A DNA stretch of 64,000 bases from Octopus sinensis (GCF_006345805.1 NC_042998.1:14384001-14448000), one strand, 5' to 3'. Positions 11,701 to 26,409 are shown, numbered from the stretch's first letter. Numbers and translations: made by a program. Notes: a model not told the origin generated them from the sequence alone.

Positions 11701-12486
11701 TTTATCAAGTACTGGGTTTCATAAAAACGACCAATTCCCACTTCACAAAAATATGCTGGCATTGTGCATAAATCGGAAACACTTATTAAGAATGTCTAAA
11801 ACATCATCTGCCTTATGCGTTCCCTATCTTTCTTAAAGCAGCAGGATATGATGTGAAGGTGAATTAGCTATTATATTTAGCAAAGAGAACAACGATGTAG
11901 CTACCAGTCCCTTGAGTTAATACAATAAATATCAGTCAATTATTTGTGTCTATTCAATCAATTTATTTACAGATGTATACAAATGTGCGACTTATTTCAA
12001 TTTGAGATATTGTTAATCAAAATCATAATCACTGGGCCGTCAAAAAAGCTTGTTTCATTTTATATTACTCGGGGTTTTTTTCTTACATTTAAAAAAATAT
12101 ATTTCATTTTCAGATTGAAATTAGATGAATTTTGTTTAGAATTATTTCTAATTTTACAATATGAATTTCTCTTGTTTGCTTTTATATGGTTTTCTTTTAA
12201 TAATTATTTTTGTTCCCCTTTCTGTTTCTTCCGATTTCGGGCTGTTCAATCAACGCATTTTCTATAATTCTCTGACAGTAATATTATGGTTCTTTGTTCT
12301 GCAGAAAAGTAGGTCTAACAACCATATTTTATACATGCACTCTCACACATATACATACATATGCGCACGCATACGTTAATGCATTACATACATGTACCTA
12401 CAAATGCGGGCATATATATACGTAAATACACATACATATAGATATATTCATAGTCAATCAGACAGGCAGGAAGACAGTCAGACAGG

Positions 12487-12489
<3 letters not shown>

Positions 12490-12557
<68 letters not shown>
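12490..12557. repeat. (GATA)n microsatellite
   Basis: Perfect GATA run; another at about 20450-20530. Confidence 0.98.
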
Positions 12558-12733
12558 TCAATCAGACAGGCATATATATGTGTGCATATATATGCAGTCA
12601 GTCAGACAGGCATATATATGTGTTCATATATATGTGTGTGTGCGCGCGTGCGTGTATGTGCGTGTGCATGTGTGTATGCGTTTCTATCTGTGTTTGTGTG
12701 TATGTGTGTGTATGTGTAAGTATATATACGGGT

Positions 12734-13122
12734 GTGGAGGCGCAATGGCCCAGTGGTTAGGGCAGCGGACTCGCAGTCATAGGATCGCGGTTTCGATTCC
12801 CAGACCGGGCGTTGTGAGTGTTTATTGAGCGAAAACACCTAAAAGCTCCACGAGGCTCCGGCAGGGGATGGTGGTGATCCCTGCTGTACTCTTTCACCAC
12901 AACTTTCTCTCACTCTTACTTCCTGTTTCTGTTGTACCTGTATTTCAAAGGGGCCGGTCTTGTCACTCTCTGTGTCACGCTGAATATCCCCGAGAACTAC
13001 GTTAAGGGTACACGTGTGTCTGTGGAGTGCTCAGCCACTTACACGTTAATTTCACGAGCAGGCTGTTCCGTTGATTCGGATCAACCGGAACCCTCATCGT
13101 CGTAACCGACGGAGTGCTTCCA
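12734..13122 (+). mobile_element. SINE family B, full-length long-tail variant
   Basis: tRNA-Arg-like head to ...gtaaccgacggagtgcttcca. Near-identical copy at 56007-56391. Confidence 0.92.
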
Positions 13123-14314
13123 TTCCATATATACGGGTGTATGTACGTATATATAAGTGGATTTATTGATGTATGCAAACATACGCATGTGTGCATGTTC
13201 TTTTTTGTATATTTATACATGTATATGTCTTCGTGTCTATGTGTATGTAAGAGAGTGAGTGTGTGTGTGTATGTGAGTGTGTGTGCGTGCATGTGTGTAA
13301 CTTTATACCTGTTGTGTCTCAATGAAGTAGCAGTTTATCCGTTCCTTCTTTAACTGGACACTGGCCACAAACTCTTTACTCTAACTTATAACCAGAGCCC
13401 TAAAAGATTCACTGCTATCGGTTTTGTAACTGTTATTATTGTTATTGATAAATTCATTTTTTCTGTTCGACCCCTTCTTGGATTGAAAAGTGGTATGGCT
13501 TCGTACATGTACAGTTTATTCTATATTTCTGCCACTTGCTAATGGGAACGGCATGCGAGGTTGTTGACAATCTTTGAAATATATGTATATTGAGCCTTTT
13601 ATAGATATCGCTGAATTTATAGCGGAATATCTACTATAAAATGTAATGTAATTTTGCGGCAATTTATTGAAATTGGTGTATCTGTATATATAAAAGGCAG
13701 GATGGGTGTGTGCATCAATGTAATTTATGCACGTCCACAAATTAGCACCCATGTCGCTCCAATTTTAGGACATTCGTCATGACCCTAGCTGTATTTTCGT
13801 CAACTTATTTTTACCAGAGGCACCAGCGAATAGCAGTAAAAATACATTTTTAACCAAAACTTTTAACAATTTTCAAGTCGGAGAAATCACCTTTGTTTGC
13901 AAACTGGAGTTAAGACCCTTCTAGCGACGAGTAAGTTTTTCTTAAGATCTTTATTTATTTTTTTTTTTCCATCGAGGAGAAATGTGCTTTGTTGATATAC
14001 GGGCAACACACAGACACACACACGAACATGTATGCGTACAAAAAAGATGTATGCAATAGGTGTACGTATGTACGTGGGTGTATAGTGTTGCCCATACAAA
14101 TATATATATATATAATATATATATATATATTATATATATATATATATATATAAACCAATTTCGACGGATTTCGCCCAAATTTCACGTCGATATTACTTAG
14201 CTTGGTTTGAAATAATGAACTTGCTTAGCTTAATAATCCTAACTTAATCTCGGGCAAAACCAGTTTATAATGCATATAGAATTGAATATCATGCCTGTTT
14301 TCTATGTTATTATA

Positions 14315-14683
14315 CTGTAGAACCTCGCAGCAGTACGAGTGCCCCATTGATCGAGCCGAGACGCGGGCCACTTTTTATCTTGAAGTATGAGCGGAATACC
14401 GCAGTAAGAGCACACAAATCGCCCTATCTTTAAGGTAATTCAGTTAATAAAACCAGTTTACATATTTATCTTGCATCCCCTTTTTTATAATTGTCATTTT
14501 ACTTGTACTACAGCTTTTCTGTTTAAAACTCATGAAAAATTATTTTTGAGTGATTTTCTGATGTTAGAACGGACTAATTATATTTTAGTCAATTTCAATG
14601 GGGAAAATGAATTGTTTAACGAGTAAATCGTTAGACGAACTCGGTCATGGAACGAATTAAACTCGTACTGCGAGGTATCACTG
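14315..14683. mobile_element. Tc1/mariner superfamily (pogo/Tigger-like) non-autonomous element
   Basis: Imperfect TIRs ctgtagaacctcgcag(cag)tacgagt and actcgtactgcgaggtatcactg, with TA dinucleotides on both flanks. Confidence 0.75.
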
Positions 14684-15309
14684 TATATGAATATCGGTTC
14701 AGCTGATTTTAAACTATGGAAATAATTTGAGTTGCATTGTTTTTAATACAGAATACAGTTTTCAAAGATGTAAAGCTTTCGCTTTTCTGAATTTCATTTT
14801 TCGCTCCCATTTTCTAGATTTCATCTTAAGCACATTAAACAGGAAGTTTATTTAGTTTCCTTCGGGTGATTAAGTGTTTACATCGAGCAAGAAACAGAAC
14901 GAGATTGTAAAGGAATGATAAAGAAAGAGTAAAAAAGACAGAGTGGAGGAATGAAATACAAAGTGTAAGAGTTGGATAATACAACAATATCAAACAATGA
15001 AAAAGCGATGACGTCCTAACGTCATGGAACGTATCCTGCGTAGCTTACAAACTCCGGAACAGAAAGTTTTAAACCACTAAATTTACAGGCGAGTGACTAC
15101 AGCAAGGCCGCCTGAAATTCCAGATGAAAGATCACAAAGGAAGAGAATAACAGCACAAAAACCTATACAAGGCAAACTGAATATACTGACAAAGCTATAA
15201 CATAGGCAAGAAACTGCAAAAAATGATTTGCTTCTGTGAGGACAGAAACGAATAAGCTGCAGTAACAGTTTTAAAAAAAGACAAGGAAAAAATAGGGAGT
15301 ACTGTGTCA

Positions 15310-15310
15310 A

Positions 15311-15350
<40 letters not shown>

Positions 15351-15399
15351 GTAGTAATAATAATAATAATAATAATAATAATATAATAGTAATAATAAT

Positions 15400-15431
<32 letters not shown>

Positions 15432-15434
15432 ATC

Positions 15435-15468
<34 letters not shown>

Positions 15469-15499
15469 CAATAATAATAACAATCACAATAATAATAAT

Positions 15500-15550
<51 letters not shown>
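15310..15550. repeat. (TAA)n microsatellite
   Basis: About 240 bp of imperfect TAA array. Confidence 0.98.
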
Positions 15551-16967
15551 GCGGATCACTTTGAAGAAGTGAAAGCAACATGTTCAAAATATAGCACCAA
15601 AATGTGAATTAACGAAATTCTTACTAACATCAGAAAAGGAAAAAAACAAAAATTGCTACTGTTGCGGTACTGAGCGATCTTACTTCCATCTAATTTTGGT
15701 GTATGTAATTGGAATACCTGTGCCAATGTGGAGTTCTAAAATAAAGCGTTAGCGCTGGCTGTGTGGTAAGAAGCTTGCTTCAGAACCACATGGTTCTGGG
15801 TTCATTCCCACTGCGTGGCATCTTGGACAAGTGTCTTCTACTACAGCCTCGGGCCGACCAAAGCCTTGTGAGTGGATTTGGTAGACGGAAACTGAAAGAA
15901 GCCCGTCGTATATATATATATATATGTGTGTGTGTGTGGTGTGTGTGTGTGTGTGTGTGTGTGTTTGTATTTGCGTCTGTTTTTGTCCCCTCAACATCTC
16001 TTGACAACCGATACTGGTATGTTTACGTCCCCGTAACTTAGCAGTCCAGCGAGAGAAACCGATAGAATAAGTACTAGGCTTACAAAGAATAAGTCCAGGA
16101 TCTATTTGTTCGACTAAAGGCAGTACTCCAGCATGGCCGCAGTCAAATGACTGAAACAAGTAAAAGAATAAAAGAGTACGCTCATGTGTCTAACAAGCAT
16201 TTTTAGTGTCCCTCTGAGCAATAGATCCTTTGATAAACCCTAAAGATAATAGCAACCATGTTTCCAGATTGAGTCGACTAATCGGGTACTCTCGATTTTC
16301 GTTAAAACTACTATCAGGAGTCGATCACTCAGTACTACTCGCTGATTGAGATTGAAAGTAATGATATATGAACTGTATGTATGATCAGCTGACTGTCCTT
16401 AATAATATATTGGTTTCTCGACATTTACTTCATCTTCCAGCATATAAGGTGAAATTTATTTTCCGAAAAATTCCCCCTCACTTCACCCCCAGAAGCTTCC
16501 TGAACCTTATATTCTTATATTCTTATATTCGTCACCATCATCATCACTCTTCTCTTACTAGTCGAACAATGCGATCAATAGACCTTCCAGTTTCGCAATA
16601 TATATTTCTTTATTGCTCACAAGGGGCTAAACACAGAGAGGACAAACAAGGACAGACAAAGGGATTAAGTCGATTGCATCGACCCAGTGCGTAATTGGTA
16701 CTTAATTTATCGAACCCGAAAGGATGAAAGGCAAAGTCGACCTCGGTGGAATATACTGAGAGCCAGAGGTAGGCTAGACGAAATGACGTTTCCCTTCGGC
16801 GAAGCCTTCGTAAACTTTTTCAGTTCCATTTGAAGAAGAAAAAGGGAAGAGAAAAAGGAAAGAGCTGTTCCAAAACGAATTTATGTACAGACGGAAGATT
16901 GGGGCAAAAATGGTCAGGGTGAATAAAATTACTCTATGCATGGCCACAATCCAAAGACTGAAACCGG

Positions 16968-17018
<51 letters not shown>

Positions 17019-17393
17019 CTTACCAGGAGACGCTGGTGATATTTGTCCTATTTGACCATGGGCTTGCAAGTATGGGTAATAGGTTATTTTATTTTAATTT
17101 TATGATAAGCTAATAGTTTCTTATTCATGTACGTCCCTCTTCTAGTGGCGAAGGGAAGGCCAAGAAGCGATACACCTTAACATCAGTGTCGTTGCTGGTG
17201 CTACCCTCGGAAAGTAAAGAGCCGTAAAAATACCGCAAGGTATTCTGTCCAACCCGCTAACGACTCTAACAACTTCTCGCTTTACACATACAGACACACA
17301 TTGACACATGCATATAGACACAAGCACATGCGTACGTTTGTCTATGAGTGCATATGTAAATATACACAGATAAACACATTTTTATTTGAGCAT

Positions 17394-17436
<43 letters not shown>

Positions 17437-17887
17437 CATGTATTTATCTTCAGACATCCGATATTAAAAATTATACCTGACTAAATGCTGATTTGAGACT
17501 GAAAAAGAGAAACCAAGGACAAACCCAAGTGACAAGGACATAAAACTTTGTGTCTGTCGTTTACCGAACGACTGCACTAGCGATTATTTCATGCTGAGTG
17601 CATTTCCTCTTCTTTCTGAATATAAGTATAGAAATACTTACCATCTTTTCTGACTTAGCATTATAATCTCCCCGGGCATCTCGCCTGATTCACAAATAAT
17701 TGGTCAGCCACTTAGCACAGCGGGACTAGCTACTTTTACTAATGTCCAACACTGCAAAGTATTACATAGACATTTGTTATTTCCGACGAGATTTAAAGGC
17801 AAGAATTTAAACAAATTTTCAAGCAACAGCTAAGATTTTAGATATGAATAATGTTATAGAAATAATATTATTCATCTCAGTATAATA

Positions 17888-18292
17888 ATCCTTTCTACTA
17901 TAAGTACAAGGTCTGAAATTTTGTGGGAGCGAGGGGCCAGTCGCTTAGATCGACCCCAGTATTTCACTGGTACTTATTTAATCGACCCCGAAAGGATGAA
18001 AGACAAAGTCGACCTCGGCGGAATTTGAACTCAGAACGTAGCGGCAGACGAAATACCTATTTCTTTACTACCCACAAGGGGCTAAACACAGAGAGGACAA
18101 ACAAGGACAAACAAACGGATTAAGTCGATTATATCGACCCCAGTGCGTAACTGGTACTTATTTAATCGACCCCGAAAGGATGAAAGACAAAGTCGATCTC
18201 GGCGGAATTTGAACTCAGAACGTAGCGGCAGACGAAATACTGGTAAGCATTTCGCTCGGAGTGCTAACGATTCTGCCTGTTCGCCGCCTTTC
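17888..18292 (-). mobile_element. Family C SINE dimer: head-body-tail1-body-tail2
   Basis: Two bodies joined at ...aaagaaatagGTATTTCGTCTGCC. Similar chains at 10500-10900(-), 28435-28905(-) and 50615-51195(+). Further single copies at 16606-16752(-), 28930-29145(+), 44480-44650(-), 44790-44930(+), 55845-55995(+), 56640-56865(-), 60000-60220(-) and 61090-61310(+). Confidence 0.9.
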
Positions 18293-18629
18293 ATTTCAGT
18301 ATATTAATATTGTCCGGTTTGTTACTGTATTATTAAATGGACAATCGTGAATTGACAATCGTTAGAGCGCCAGGAAACAAAACGTTTTGTCGTTCGTTTT
18401 TGTTCCAAGATTTTACTAATTTGAAATCACCTCCGCGGTCAACAATACTTTTCTTCCCTTACGTTAAAATAAAGTATGAATCAAGTATTGGAGACGATGG
18501 TATCTTCTCACAACCACACTTCGAAATTACTAGCGTTGACCTTAAGTTAGAAGTAGTTGTTACTGTATTATTAAGGCGGTAGATCAACAGAGTTATTTCA
18601 GAGTCGCTATTTCAGAAATCCTTGCGCTA

Positions 18630-19376
18630 TTTTCTCCTATTCTTTGAACTCTGAGCTCAAATTGCAACGAGGATTAGTCTGTCTTTAATCAATTCCCAGA
18701 AGTACCAGTGAAGTATTTGAGTCGTGATTTCTCTCTTTGCCATCCATATTTTCAAAAAATTGCAGAAGGGACTAGCAACCTCATCTGAAAGAACTAATGT
18801 GATACTGGAACTATTCAAGAGTGGATTACTGTTCGCTATGGAACCGAATGAATTCGTAATTTCTATCTGTTATGAAACGTATATTTAACATGTCCTATAT
18901 ACAAAACGCAGAGCACTTCTTTCGTTCGATTGAGAGTTCCTTATTGAATCAAGAATTAGCAAATTTTGTAGGTGTCTTGTTGGCAAAGTCATTTTCTCCT
19001 ATTCTTTGAACTCTGAGCTCAAACCGCAACGAGGATTTGTTTGTCTTTAATCCTTTTCCAAAAGTACCAGTGAAGAATTTGAGTCGTGATTTCTCTTTTT
19101 GCCGTTCATATGTTCAAAAAATTGCAGAAGGGACTAGCAACCTCACCTGAAAGAATTAATGTGATACTGGAACTATTCAAGAGTGGATTACTTACTGTTC
19201 GCTATTGCACAGAACCGAAATGAATTCGTAATTTCTATCTGTTATGAAACGCATATTTAACATTGTCCGATATACAATTCCTGGCAAAACGCAGAGCTTT
19301 TCGTTCGTTCGATTGAGAGTTCCTTATTCACTCAAGAATCAGCAAATTTTGTAGGTGTCTTGTTGGAAAAGTCATT
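18630..19376. repeat. Old direct tandem duplication, unit about 365-385 bp
   Basis: 18630-18992 and 18993-19376 both begin ttctcctattctttgaactctgagctcaaa and end gtaggtgtcttgttgg.aaagtcatt, with scattered substitutions and indels. Confidence 0.9.
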
Positions 19377-19703
19377 ACAACCTTGGATTGAATAATTTGC
19401 GGTATTTCTTCCTGATTTCAACTCCTTTCGATGTCAAATTTGATTTCTATCCTTTCAGGGTCAATAAATAAACGACTAATCTTCTGTTGGGTCTGTTCTC
19501 CTTCAATCTAGAAATAAGAAATTGGTCAGATTGAAAAAAAAAAAGCCCAGTATATGCTGTATGACATGACACCACCCCAAAGTAGTTGAGTACCAAAGTA
19601 TGCAAGAAATATCTTTGATATTTTTGTTTATGCACAGATCCGCCCTGATCAAGAAGCATAACTTAAGAACTTCTGATCCTGGCTATTCTGTGTAGCTTTT
19701 CAG

Positions 19704-19765
19704 ATATTGTGGGTCGCATTTTAGCGTGCCGAGTTTTCATCTAAAGACTCAATACTTGGTTCCAG
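19704..19765 (+). CDS. Candidate 62-nt internal exon (unidentified gene)
   Basis: Acceptor gtagcttttcag|, donor CAG|gttagt, one open frame YCGSHFSVPSFHLKTQYLVP. No homology recognised. Confidence 0.25.
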
Positions 19766-20330
19766 GTTAGTACAGTTTTGTTGGTACTTGACACGTAGTC
19801 GACTTTGATCAGGCGCAAATATGACCGAAGGTGTTCCAACTCATACTATAACATATGCGTTTACTTCCTCGGGCAATGCGTGAATGTGATCTGTATCAAC
19901 GGAAATTGTTGATAAAACGGCACATCAAACAAATAGTCCAATGTCATTTAACCCGTGTGTGTTACGATTCTTTAATCTTAGGTTCGAGCAAATCGACCCC
20001 AAGACTTATTCTTTGTAAGCCTAGTACTTATTCTATCGTTCACTTTTGCCGAACTGCTAAGTTACGGGGACGTAAACACATCAGCATCGGTTTTCAAGCG
20101 ATGTTGGGGTGACAAACACAGACACACAAACATATACACACACATACACACACACACATATATATATATATAAATACATATATACGACGGGCTTCTTTCA
20201 GTTTCCGTCTACCAAATTCACTCACAAGGCTTTGGTCGGCCCGAGGCTATAGTATAAGAAACTTGCCCAAGGTGCCACGCAGAGGGACTGAACTCGGAAC
20301 CATGTGGCTGGTAAGCAAGCTACTTACCAC

Positions 20331-20368
<38 letters not shown>

Positions 20369-20445
20369 TAGAAAGATAGACAAACAGACACATAGATGGA
20401 TAGATTAATAGATAGATAAATAAACAGAAAGCTAGACAGACAGGC

Positions 20446-20530
<85 letters not shown>

Positions 20531-21279
20531 TGTAGACAGACAGACACACAGACAGACAGACAGAGTGACATTATTTCTCGCTTCTGCTTTTGTAAAGACG
20601 GTGCTTTGTGATTTTACGTGTAATTTGGTTGCGCTTTCTGTTTAGAAACTCCGTAGAATAAGAACAGGTTATTTTATTAAATAACAGGAATTATTTACTT
20701 TCTTTTTTTATGTATTATATTTATCTTATACTTTTTTATTATTATTATTATTTTTTTTTTTGCTTCTTTCGTATTCCTTCACTGCATCCATGTAACTTTT
20801 TACCTCGTTGTGTGAACGTCTATACACTCAGTACATTTTTTTTTTTACATCTTGTTGTTGTTGTTGATGTTGCTCGCTTTGTTTATCTCGTTGTTTTTGT
20901 TTTTTTTTATTGGTGGTGGTCTTGGTTTCTTAACTGTTGATGTTTTTGGGGGTTTTTTTTTTGCTATTATGCGACAGTCGTGTTGCCGTTGTTGTTTTCT
21001 TGTAGTTCTTCTTGAATTACAAACGCCTAAAAAAAACAAAAAAAAAGAAAACCAAAATAAAAAAATTAAAAATAAAAAAATTAAACAGAAAAACTCTTTT
21101 AAATAGCAGAGAAAATCAAGACTAAATTTTAAGCAGCAGTCATTTAAAGACCATTTTATATTATTGAGGCATCTTATTGTCACAGCGAAATTCCATTATA
21201 GTTATGACGTGATTGGTATTGCTGTTTTGATGGGCTGTGAATGCTGTTGTTGGTGTTCTTGCTGCGATGGGGGTGAGGG

Positions 21280-21550
21280 CCGGGGATGGTGGTGATGGTA
21301 GTGGTGGGTGGTGGTGGTGGTGATATTGGTGGTGGTGTTGTTGTTGTTGGTGGTGGTGGTGGTGTTGGTGGTGGTGGCAATTGTGGTCATGGTGATAATA
21401 ATGGCGGTGATTCTTATTCGTATGGCGGTGATTTCTGCTGTGCTGTTGTTGTGACTGTTCTGCTCTTTCTCTCTCTCTCTCTCACTATTTCTCTATCTCT
21501 CTGTCTATCTATCTTACTCACTTTCTCTACCTCTTTCTCATTCTCTGTCC

Positions 21551-21600
<50 letters not shown>

Positions 21601-21669
21601 CTATATGTCCATCTATCTTATTCACTCTCTCTCCCTCTTTCTCATTCTCTGTCCCTTCTTCTCTCTCTC

Positions 21670-21736
<67 letters not shown>

Positions 21737-21894
21737 CTTACACACTCTCTCTCCCTCTTTCTCATTCTCTGTCCCTTCTCTCTCTCTCCCTCTTTCTCAT
21801 TCTCTTCCCTTCTCTTTCTCTCTCTCTTTCTCTATCTCTCTATCTATCTTCACTCTCTCTCCCTCTCTCTCTCTCTCCTTCTCTCTCTGTCCCT

Positions 21895-21928
<34 letters not shown>

Positions 21929-21930
21929 CC
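21280..21930. repeat. Compound (GGT)n / (CT)n / (CTAT)n low-complexity tract
   Basis: Contains internal re-duplicated units such as ctatctatctatctta.cactctctctccctctttctcattctctgtccctt. Confidence 0.95.
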
Positions 21931-22103
21931 TCCACCCGCTACCCTTATTATCATAGTCGCTATTAAAGCCGCTCTGGCTGTGCTTCCTCGTTGTTGCAGA
22001 TATATTTCCTTGTCTTATCATTGTTGTTGTCTCCAGCAATTGTTGTAGCTGCCACCATTGTCGTTATTTTTGTTGCTGTTGTTACAACTACTACTACTAC
22101 CAC

Positions 22104-22310
22104 TGCTGCTGCTACGGATACTGCTGCTGCTTCTGTCCTTGCTTTTGCTATTGTTATTGCTGTTCCTACTGTTACTACTAATACTAATACTACTACTACT
22201 ACTGCTACTACTACCACTGCTGCTGCTACGGCTACTGCTGCTGCTTCTGTCCTTGCTTTTGGTATTGTTATTGCTGTTCCTACCGTTACTACTAATACTA
22301 CTACTACTAT

Positions 22311-22353
<43 letters not shown>

Positions 22354-22421
22354 GCTGCTGCTACGGCTACTGCTGCTGCTTCTGTCCTTGCTTTTGCTAT
22401 TGTTATTGCTGTTCCTACTGT

Positions 22422-22478
<57 letters not shown>

Positions 22479-22560
22479 GCTGCTGCTGCTACGGCTACTG
22501 CTGCTTCTGTCCTTGCTTTTGCTATTGTATATTGCTGTTCCTACTGTTGCTGTTGAAGTT
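22104..22560. repeat. Minisatellite: about 65-bp conserved core plus variable (CTA)n spacer, about 4 units
   Basis: Core gctgctgctacggctactgctgctgcttctgtccttgcttttgctattgttattgctgttcctactgttact repeated at about 22104, 22216, 22352 and 22481. Confidence 0.92.
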
Positions 22561-23740
22561 ATTACAATTTTCCACGTCGTCCTTATCTTTGTTACTGTAA
22601 CTGCTGTTCTTATTACCATCGTCGGCGTGATCGTTTTTGTTGGCTTTCGTAGTTGTTATTGTTGTTGTTATTGTTGTTCTTATTATCGCTATTGTTGTCG
22701 TTGCTGCTGCTGCTGCTGTTGCCTTTGTCATCATCATCATCATCGTGGTCGTGGTCGTGGATGTTGTTGTTGTTGTTGTGTTGTTGTTGTCGTTGTTATT
22801 CTTCTGCCGAGTAATCTTCCGTTCAAAGCTTTGCATATCCGACAAAGCCAGTTAATCGTTGTGCCGCTTCAACAATTTCTGAAGATTGTTCATTTCAAGT
22901 CTAGAATATTGATGTCTACAGTAGGGTGTCTGCTTCTGGTACTTTTCAAAAGACAGCACACACACACACACACATATACACTCACACACACATGCACACA
23001 CACACACACATACACACTGACACACACACATACGCAGGCACACACAAACACAAATACAATTGCATACATACATACAAACACGCAAACACAAAATATAAAC
23101 ATACACATAAAAATGTCTGCATTTGTGCATGTGTGTGTATATGTGTGTGTATACAATGTATATATATATATATACATATATATTTATATATATATGTATA
23201 TGTATATATATGTGTGTGTGAGTTAGTGTATATGTGTATATATGTATATGTATAAATATATATATATATATATATATATGCATATGTATATATATATGTG
23301 TGTATGTGTTTGTACGTATATATACATATATATATATGTACGTATGTATGTATAAGCATATAAACATACATGCACGAGGCTTCCACATAATTCCATATTC
23401 TCTATCACCATATCCACCAATCCTGTTACCTCCCCCTACTAACTCATGCTACAAAAGAATTTCCTTCCATTTAGCTTTGCAGCATAATTGATCGGAATAT
23501 TCTTTTGATATCCATATTGGATGTCACCAGAAGTTCGTGTATCTCACTTGTGTCTGTGCATTGTCTTCGCGTTTGTCAATATGCCGGCCGTACAAATTAC
23601 GTGCGCGAGTGTGTATGTACAGAGAGACCAATAGCGGACAGAGAGAGGTAGTGAAAAATCCATATGCATGTATGTACGTATATATATATACATACATACA
23701 CATATATATAGATATTCATACATATACATATATATATAAC

Positions 23741-23822
<82 letters not shown>

Positions 23823-24093
23823 GATGTATATATATACATATATATAGGTATGTAGGTAGGTATATGTGAGTACGTATTCCCCCGCCATGTGGACGTAGAG
23901 ACGGCCATATATATTTGTACGTACATCAGAACCAAGAGTCACAGAAGACTTCCACATGATTAATGTCGGATCAGCCAAAAAGACAACATGTGACGCACAG
24001 ACACACATAATATATGTATTTATGTGTGCTGAGCATTCATATATAATAAAATATATACAAATATGTGTATAAATATTTTGTATACATCGCTTC

Positions 24094-24183
<90 letters not shown>

Positions 24184-24439
24184 AGTGTTCTTGTCTGTAT
24201 GAATGTAGCTGCGTCTACCTGTGCGTATTTGCATGTATACAGCATTACCACAAAAACATAAAAAAGTACCCGGATTATGTTTATTTGTAAAGAAGAACAA
24301 AAATAAACGTTTGTTGGGAATTAAGATTAGTCTTGTAATATCAGTAAAGTATTCGATTCCTGTAATCCTGCATGTGCAATACGAATGCGTATGTGTAGTT
24401 GTGTGTGTGTATGTGTATTCTGCCTGTGTGTATGTGTCC

Positions 24440-24515
<76 letters not shown>

Positions 24516-24766
24516 ATATATATATGTATGTATGTATGTATGTATACGCTCATATTAATATATGTATGTATGTGTACATATATACATTTTACATACAGAT
24601 GTTTTATATTTGTACATACACAACGCGCGCTATTTATATGTGATGGCTCAACAGCCGAAACTTCGAAGTCCCAAACAATAATATTCTTGTTTAAGAATAG
24701 TAAATCTGGACTCTACAAAAGTATAGATTAATGCAAAATCGTTCCTATATAACTGAACTGAAAAGC

Positions 24767-24872
<106 letters not shown>

Positions 24873-24923
24873 CATATATACATATATACATATATGTATG
24901 TATGTATGTATGATGTATGTATG

Positions 24924-25030
<107 letters not shown>

Positions 25031-25682
25031 TGACTGATCCACATCTAAGCTGATTCGCAAGACTACTTGGGATCATGCTTGAAATAGTTGTAACGTGACC
25101 AGCTCGAATTAGCTGCGAAGTCTCAAGTACACGGATAAATTTTGTCCTTGGTAAACTATATCTACCAAAATAAAGGGCTGGTCACTTATGGAATGCTCTA
25201 CCGCCCAGAGGTTTGCTACTCTCGGGCTTAACCTGAGTTTGAAATGACGTTAAATAACATTTTTATAAGCAAGAATTCATCTCATCCTATCCCGGTCGCC
25301 ATTGATCCAGGTTCTGCGTATCTGCATTATTTTTTGGGTCATATGAGGATGTGGGATAAGTTTCCTCCTGGATAAGACGCTAGTCTGTTTTACGTACTTT
25401 TATTATTTTGTCATTTTACTGTTTTACTTAACAGAGCAAACCAAAGTTTACACTTGGTAATTCCGAAACTTCTGCTGCTAATTTTTGTAAGTTGTATTGT
25501 ATCGCAATATTTTCATCTACTAAATCCAAACGATGGGACATCAACATCGACCTGTGACCTACTAGAAATCGCAGCTTAAATTTCTTTTACATCACGCCGT
25601 GCTATTTCAATAAACTACTGGAAGGACACTTTAGATAATGTGTCCTTCCATACTAAAACGGAGCAAAAGGAAGAAAGAAATT

Positions 25683-25738
<56 letters not shown>

Positions 25739-26134
25739 ACGAAGGAAGGAAAGGACTTCATGGATAGTGCTGGAATACCATCGATCAAGTCTAACCTAGA
25801 GACAAACAACAGCAGCAATAACAGCAACAACAAGGACAGCATTTAAAGTTAAGTGGATTAGACAGTTCAGAGTCGAACTGGCTTCACCTGCAGAAAAAAC
25901 AAAGCCAGCCAGTGTCTTAGTTTGTTGCTCAATCATCTTTTGGTCTGGACATCTGCGTTTCCCTGTCAAAAACAATATTATTATTGAACTTTTATTCATC
26001 TCTTTCTTCTACTTTCTGTCTTTTATTTATATACCTATTCTCCCGTGGTTTCGCAAAGATTTTTATCTTTTATCTACAGATTCTAGATTGTTCGAAGATT
26101 TATCTTTTTATTTTCTTTTAATAGTTAATACATG

Positions 26135-26169
<35 letters not shown>

Positions 26170-26282
26170 TATATATATACATACATATATACGTATTACC
26201 TTTCCTTTCATCCTTTCTAATTTGATAAAATATATATATACACATATATATATATATATTATATATATATATATATATATAT

Positions 26283-26318
<36 letters not shown>

Positions 26319-26368
26319 ATATATATATATGTATATATATATATAATATATATTATATATATCATATA

Positions 26369-26409
<41 letters not shown>

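Noticed and set aside
12734-12805. tRNA-like sequence with A and B boxes and a TCG anticodon-like loop (also 3290-3367, 54899-54970, 56007-56080, 62000-62070)
   Set aside because: These are SINE heads: the acceptor stem does not close and they continue into shared SINE bodies, so they are not tRNA genes.
13680-13700. TATA-like tatataaaaggc
   Set aside because: Such strings are expected by chance in this AT-rich DNA, with no accompanying promoter features.
15091-15200. Possible plus-strand terminal exon RVTTARPPEIPDERSQRKRITAQKPIQGKLNILTKL*
   Set aside because: Weak polypyrimidine tract and no recognisable homology; not supportable without RNA data.
25900-25963. Possible minus-strand terminal exon ETQMSRPKDD*
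   Set aside because: Too short, several alternative acceptors nearby, and no supporting homology.
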